From the NCBI GenBank assembly GCA_032718475.1, contig JAUCBJ010004726.1, forward strand, positions 1 to 38,757: DNA of 38,757 bases, read 5' to 3'. This document shows positions 37,295 through 38,757 of the stretch, piece by piece. Position numbers and translations under genes: made by a program. Under the pieces are notes generated by a model. The model worked only from the letters and a program-made list of their open reading frames with translations. It was not told the DNA's origin and ran no database searches. The stretch's first letter is position 1. Each line of letters opens with the position of its first letter. The stretch comes from Nemertoderma westbladi. Lineage: Eukaryota; Animalia; Xenacoelomorpha.

Positions 37295-37578
37295 GTAGCC
37301 TTGTGTAGCAGATTGAATTGAATTCACAATTGAATTCACATCTCCCGTAGGTCGTTGGTTCATTCCTCACTTGGGCCAGGGTAGTTTTCGTTTCGGCACG
37401 AATGATTTAAATGGACGAGCCAGGGCGCATCTCTACCTTGCATCCTTAAGTGGTAGCTAAATGAGTACTGGAGTTTCCTCTGGGGAGTAAAGTTCTGGGG
37501 GGACCGCACTGGAAATAAGTCGTCAGATTTTGTGCGTAATCCCTGGCCTAGCGGCCGAAAAAAATTTACTTTTACTTT
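37295..37578 (+). mobile_element. SINE with degenerate tRNA head, Nin/Deu-like core and Crack/L2-type tail; a partial sister copy lies at about 37186-37247
   Basis: GGTTCATTCC B-box, CCTTGCATCCTTAAGTGGTAGCTAAATGAGTACTGG core, a GGACC..TGGAAATAAG..TAATCC tail shared with the LINE at 14350, and a (TTTAC) terminus. Confidence 0.7.
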
Positions 37579-37978
37579 AATTTTATACCAGTAAATGTTA
37601 ACAATTTGTTGGCAAGCTGTGTTTTTGAGGTGTTTGTTATTATACATTTATTTGTGCCAACAAAATATAAGTAATTTTCGGTAAAATAAACTTATCATTT
37701 GAGGTTAAGATCCCTAGATCCCTTCCTATAACCAGTAAATGTCTACAATTACACTAGAGCCATCTCCAGTGCTAAAATTGCCACTTAGATAAACTCGATA
37801 AGACTAAAGACAAACTAGATAAGCTTTCTCATGTTGGAATATAATTTATTTATTATTGACGCTTGTTGGCCAACACAAGTGGTTCGATTTTAATAAATTA
37901 TATAATATAAAATTGAAATATAATTATTATATTCTATTATATATATTCAGTTTCCTTATTTTGGCGCCTTTTCAAATT

Positions 37979-38275
37979 GTCATTTATGCTTATATTTACC
38001 GACTGATTATAGTCATTTATGCTTATATTTACCGACTGATTACTGTCATCTATGCTTATATTTACCGACTGATTACTGTCATTTATGCTTATATTTACCG
38101 ACTGATTACTGTCATTTATGCTTATATTTACCGACTGATTACTGTCATTTATGCTTATATTTACCGACTGATTACCGTCATTTATGCTTATATTTACCGA
38201 CTGATTACTGTCATTTATGCTTATATTTACCGACTGATTACTGTCATTTATGCTTATATATACCGACTGATTACT
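37979..38275. repeat. 33-bp minisatellite, 9 copies (GTCATTTATGCTTATATTTACCGACTGATTACT)
   Basis: Directly visible, near-perfect copies. Confidence 0.97.
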
Positions 38276-38447
38276 GGTTTGTTTCTTTTTAGATTTATGT
38301 TTTATTTATATTTATTACGCCGATGATGATGTAAAGTATTATATTGAACGGATTATACATACATAATTGTTAAACATTAAATTTTTTAATGCCGCTGTGG
38401 CGATTCTGTTTATAATTATATTCTATTTTTATTGAAATACTATTAGA

Positions 38448-38725
38448 AGGCCTGAGACAGGGGGGGATACTGGACGCAAAACCCGCCTTGGCGAATTAAT
38501 ATCCCGCCTCAATGTTTAATTCTCAATTTAGGGAAAGGAGCAGGATACAGTGACACGTTATTTTAACCAAAACAATAAACTAAACACAATAGAACAGGTT
38601 ACAGTGTTATTTTTAAGAGTAATGAGCTGTTATTTGCGTCGATTTTCCCCTGGAGAGGGATGAATTTTTATTTCGTCCAGTTTCCCCCCCCCCCCCCCCC
38701 CCCCCCCCCCCTACCTGGAAGGCCT
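38448..38725. mobile_element. Possible degenerate MITE
   Basis: AGGCCT...GGGGGGGATACTGGACG is mirrored by CGTCCAGTTTCCCCC...AGGCCT. No clear TSD. Confidence 0.35.
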
Positions 38726-38757
38726 AGATGGTAATGTGTCCGTGACCAGAACAGTGA

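Noticed and set aside
37856-38326. 156-aa ORF with VIYAYIYRLIT repeats
   Set aside because: Translation of the 33-bp minisatellite in AT-rich intron.
36062-38757. TM1/TM2 exons of the GPCR
   Set aside because: No GN or LAxxD-type motif with splice sites was found by eye; these exons are probably outside the window.

Overview
AT-rich, repeat-dense animal genomic DNA, probably a marine invertebrate; the taxon is inferred only from the repeat repertoire and gene style. The one clear host gene is a minus-strand rhodopsin-family neuropeptide GPCR, most similar to orexin/allatotropin receptors. Five coding exons (TM3 to stop, 36061->17881) splice in frame with canonical GT-AG sites, and the TM1-2 exons probably lie beyond the window end. 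The rest is largely mobile DNA: a Gag-protease-only BEL/Pao derivative with an unusual TM-containing C-terminus and a long hairpin-rich 3' region, a Tc1/mariner-type MITE, a foldback-like element carrying a 2.2-kb 15-bp satellite, a tandem pair of Helentron/HINE-like units (one interrupted by a Crack/L2-group LINE), an L2 LINE lacking its endonuclease domain, a CRE-clade fragment, a Harbinger-type MITE, several tRNA-derived SINEs, two adjacent long palindromes, and several micro- and minisatellites. All calls were made by eye, with no database searches.
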